The notes under the pieces: model-generated
The model's database searches: none
Seen by the model: only the letters and a program-made list of their open reading frames with translations
Told to the model about the DNA's origin: nothing
Shown here: positions 62,115 through 64,000 of the stretch, in pieces
Layout: each line of letters opens with the position of its first letter
Numbering within the stretch: the first letter of the stretch is position 1
Program-made: the position numbers and the translations under genes
Assembly: GCA_976226885.1 (NCBI GenBank)
Contig: OZ320315.1
Location: forward strand, 92,752,001-92,816,000
Length of the DNA stretch: 64,000 bases
Direction: 5' to 3'
Source of the DNA: Iphione sp. A-MEVVRFRX5
Taxonomy: Eukaryota

Positions 62115-62123
62115 TTGAATTAG
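62115..62123 (+). CDS. Predicted terminal micro-exon (L-N-stop)
   Basis: CTGAT branch site, poly-T and TTCCAG acceptor; completes …RRSPR-LN*. Confidence 0.55.
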   Translation: MN

Positions 62124-63239
62124 TTCTTCTGCGGCTTTCATCGTCTGACGTTGAAAAAGGAGTCTTCTCTTATTGCTAGTGCTGGGACACGAAAACAAAG
62201 AACTTTTTTTATTTAAAAAAAATTTTTCCTCAGGTATCTGTATTTAGATAAGGTGATGTGTATATAATCCATCACAGAACAACACCATTTTTCATTGTTT
62301 ATTATCTAGACCTAATCTAGCTATGTGTTGTTCGATAACATATCTGACCATCTGCCGCTGCTGAGATTTTGATCTTTTTCGTTACAAGACTGAGCCATGA
62401 GCTAGTTAACGGCTAATAGAACGTGTGATCATATGTAAAACTCTCATTTTTTTTGGGTACACTCCTTCTTACATATTCTAGTTTGTTTGTAGTGAAAAAG
62501 AGGTAAATAATTGGTAGCCTTTTTTTTTTTTTTTTTAACGTTTATTATCATAAATCATAGTAGATGACATACAGTTACAGTAATGCTTTATTTTTTTTTT
62601 ATTCAAAAATTCATATATGTTTAGTGCATATACAAGATTATATGAGTACTATCGCTATAGTATGTTACTTACGTAGTTCTTATTCTATGATGATCCATAT
62701 TGGTATAGTTTTTTGTAACATGATCTCGTCGTATTCTTGTACTCCTCTTAATAACACATATATCATATCAGTCATTCCTGTATATGTAGTATTTTATAGT
62801 CTCTAACATACATCTATCACAGAGGTATAGTTGTAGCGTTTTGGATATATCTCTTAACACTATACAGAAAAGGACGCAAAAAATTGATCACAATAACATC
62901 TTGGTGACATATGCGACTCGTTTTCTATCTATCTATCCACCACCTTAATGGTTACATCCAACTATATGCGTATGCTTTTAATTAAGATATCTGGTAACCC
63001 GTCGCAGCTATTACGATTGCTTTATAATCACGTTCAGTATACATTTGATAGTTAACATAGGTATAACTCTTATTAAGACTTTTACTACTTTGGATTGTTG
63101 TGGACTCGTCTCTCTCTCTCTAATTACCTGTCTTATGGTTTATTAATAGGAATAAACATGTAATTGTCCACTAATGATGGAGTTTTTGACTGGTTTCTAT
63201 AAATAGTTAATATTAATGGATAATATTAACAGTCTCAGT

Positions 63240-63993
63240 CTACATAGTTGACAAAGTATCAAAATCACGTTCGAATGTCATTTTAAAATATATATCTGCA
63301 TTCCCTTCTCCTTTTTTTATGATCTCTCTACATAATGCTTTGCTGAGTGCAATCTCAGTTTCGGGCACATCATTTACACCAGAATAGATCTTAATCATGC
63401 GCCTCCCTGCCTCGCTTAGTCTCCGAGTTGACACTCTCAGGTTTGCCGCATGTAGGGCTGCTCTGTCCACTATCTCGGGCAATTGAACGCACCCGGGAAT
63501 GTGGTCAGACTGAGTGTCTGACTTACATTCGCACCCTAAACACCACTCTTTAACTCTGATTTCATATTCTTCTTTAAGAATGAAAGCATAGGTCTTTTCG
63601 ACTATCTCTTTAATTGTGATGGACAATCCTTCTTCAGACGGGTACTCCACCACATCACCTTCTCCTAACTTATCTTCTGCCTCTGCAGTACAAAATTCTT
63701 CGCAAATATATACACATTCACTGATTGTAATACTCTTATCTTTACTCGATGTAATTTGGTACCTTCTTCTTTTGAACGTAATAGTCTTGATTGAGTCTGA
63801 ATCATCATCTAGTTCTTCATGGTTCGTCCGCTTGTTGCCAGCTCCCCACTTTGGTTTTGCAGAAGCGCCATCATCTTCATTGTCATCCCGATCGGAGTCC
63901 GTCTCTTCTGGGTCTCTTTTTCTCTTGTTGGATCTCTTCAATCTTTTAATAATCTCCATACATTCGTCCTCCGTGACGTTAAAACAGTCGTAA
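63240..63993 (-). CDS. Maverick accessory protein with basic/acidic N-terminus and CxGC…QxxH…C motif; 5' end probably outside the window
   Basis: 239-aa ORF from ATG 63959; frame open upstream to the window edge, with a possible TTTACAG acceptor at 63994-64000; WCLGCECKSDTQSDHIPGC at 63489-63545. Confidence 0.7.
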
Positions 63994-64000
63994 CTGTAAA

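Larger units (their letters stand above)
15769..64000 (+). other. Meis: Probable downstream Meis intron (at least 48 kb, open-ended), hosting the Maverick
   Basis: Donor at 15769; no exon encoding (W)FINARRRIVQPM found by eye in the rest of the window. Inferred from conserved gene structure. Confidence 0.6.
43277..64000 (+). mobile_element. Maverick/Polinton (adintovirus-like) self-synthesizing element, left end to window edge (over 20.7 kb)
   Basis: Full core gene set (pPolB, A32-like ATPase, integrase, minor and major capsid, adenain protease). Composition shifts abruptly at about 43.28 kb. AGTAGT at 43277 is the best candidate terminus; alternatives lie at 43211-43233. The right TIR is not in the window. 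Confidence 0.95.

Noticed and set aside
62300-63230. AT-rich interval with short broken frames and splice-like signals on the minus strand
   Set aside because: Every frame has stops; no consistent exon chain could be built.

Overview
Eukaryotic (animal, probably marine invertebrate) genomic DNA with two layers. (1) Host gene: a TALE-class homeobox gene of the Meis/homothorax family on the + strand. The window opens in the last 16 nt of the exon ending ...FQHLS|GTGAGT, followed by a 15.7-kb phase-0 intron and the 77-nt exon [25 protein letters not shown](W) at 15692-15768. I could not find the next homeodomain exon (FINARRR...), so the rest of the window is probably one very large intron. This intronic DNA is mostly microsatellite and polypurine sequence (the ORFs there look spurious), broken by CpG-rich islands with candidate regulatory motifs: tandem DR5 nuclear-receptor repeats, a (TGACAG)4 Meis-site array, a Pbx-Meis decamer, and CTCF-, YY1- and E-box/CCAAT-like sites. 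(2) From about 43.28 kb to the window end: an apparently intact Maverick/Polinton (adintovirus-like) element. It encodes protein-primed PolB, packaging ATPase, a conserved small protein, integrase with chromodomain, minor capsid, a basic core-like protein, major capsid, adenain protease, two divergently transcribed LRR-type membrane-protein genes and a Cys/His-motif ORF. Its right end lies outside the window. The most unusual points are a NADAR/YbiA-like domain fused to the PolB C-terminus, predicted spliceosomal introns in PolB and both membrane-protein genes (one splices into a roughly 930-aa S/T/P-rich cytoplasmic tail), matching TAA-(CAA)n-CA-ATG spacers between core genes, and frame-preserving microsatellite insertions in most core genes. 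All assignments come from reading motifs by eye; no database searches were run.
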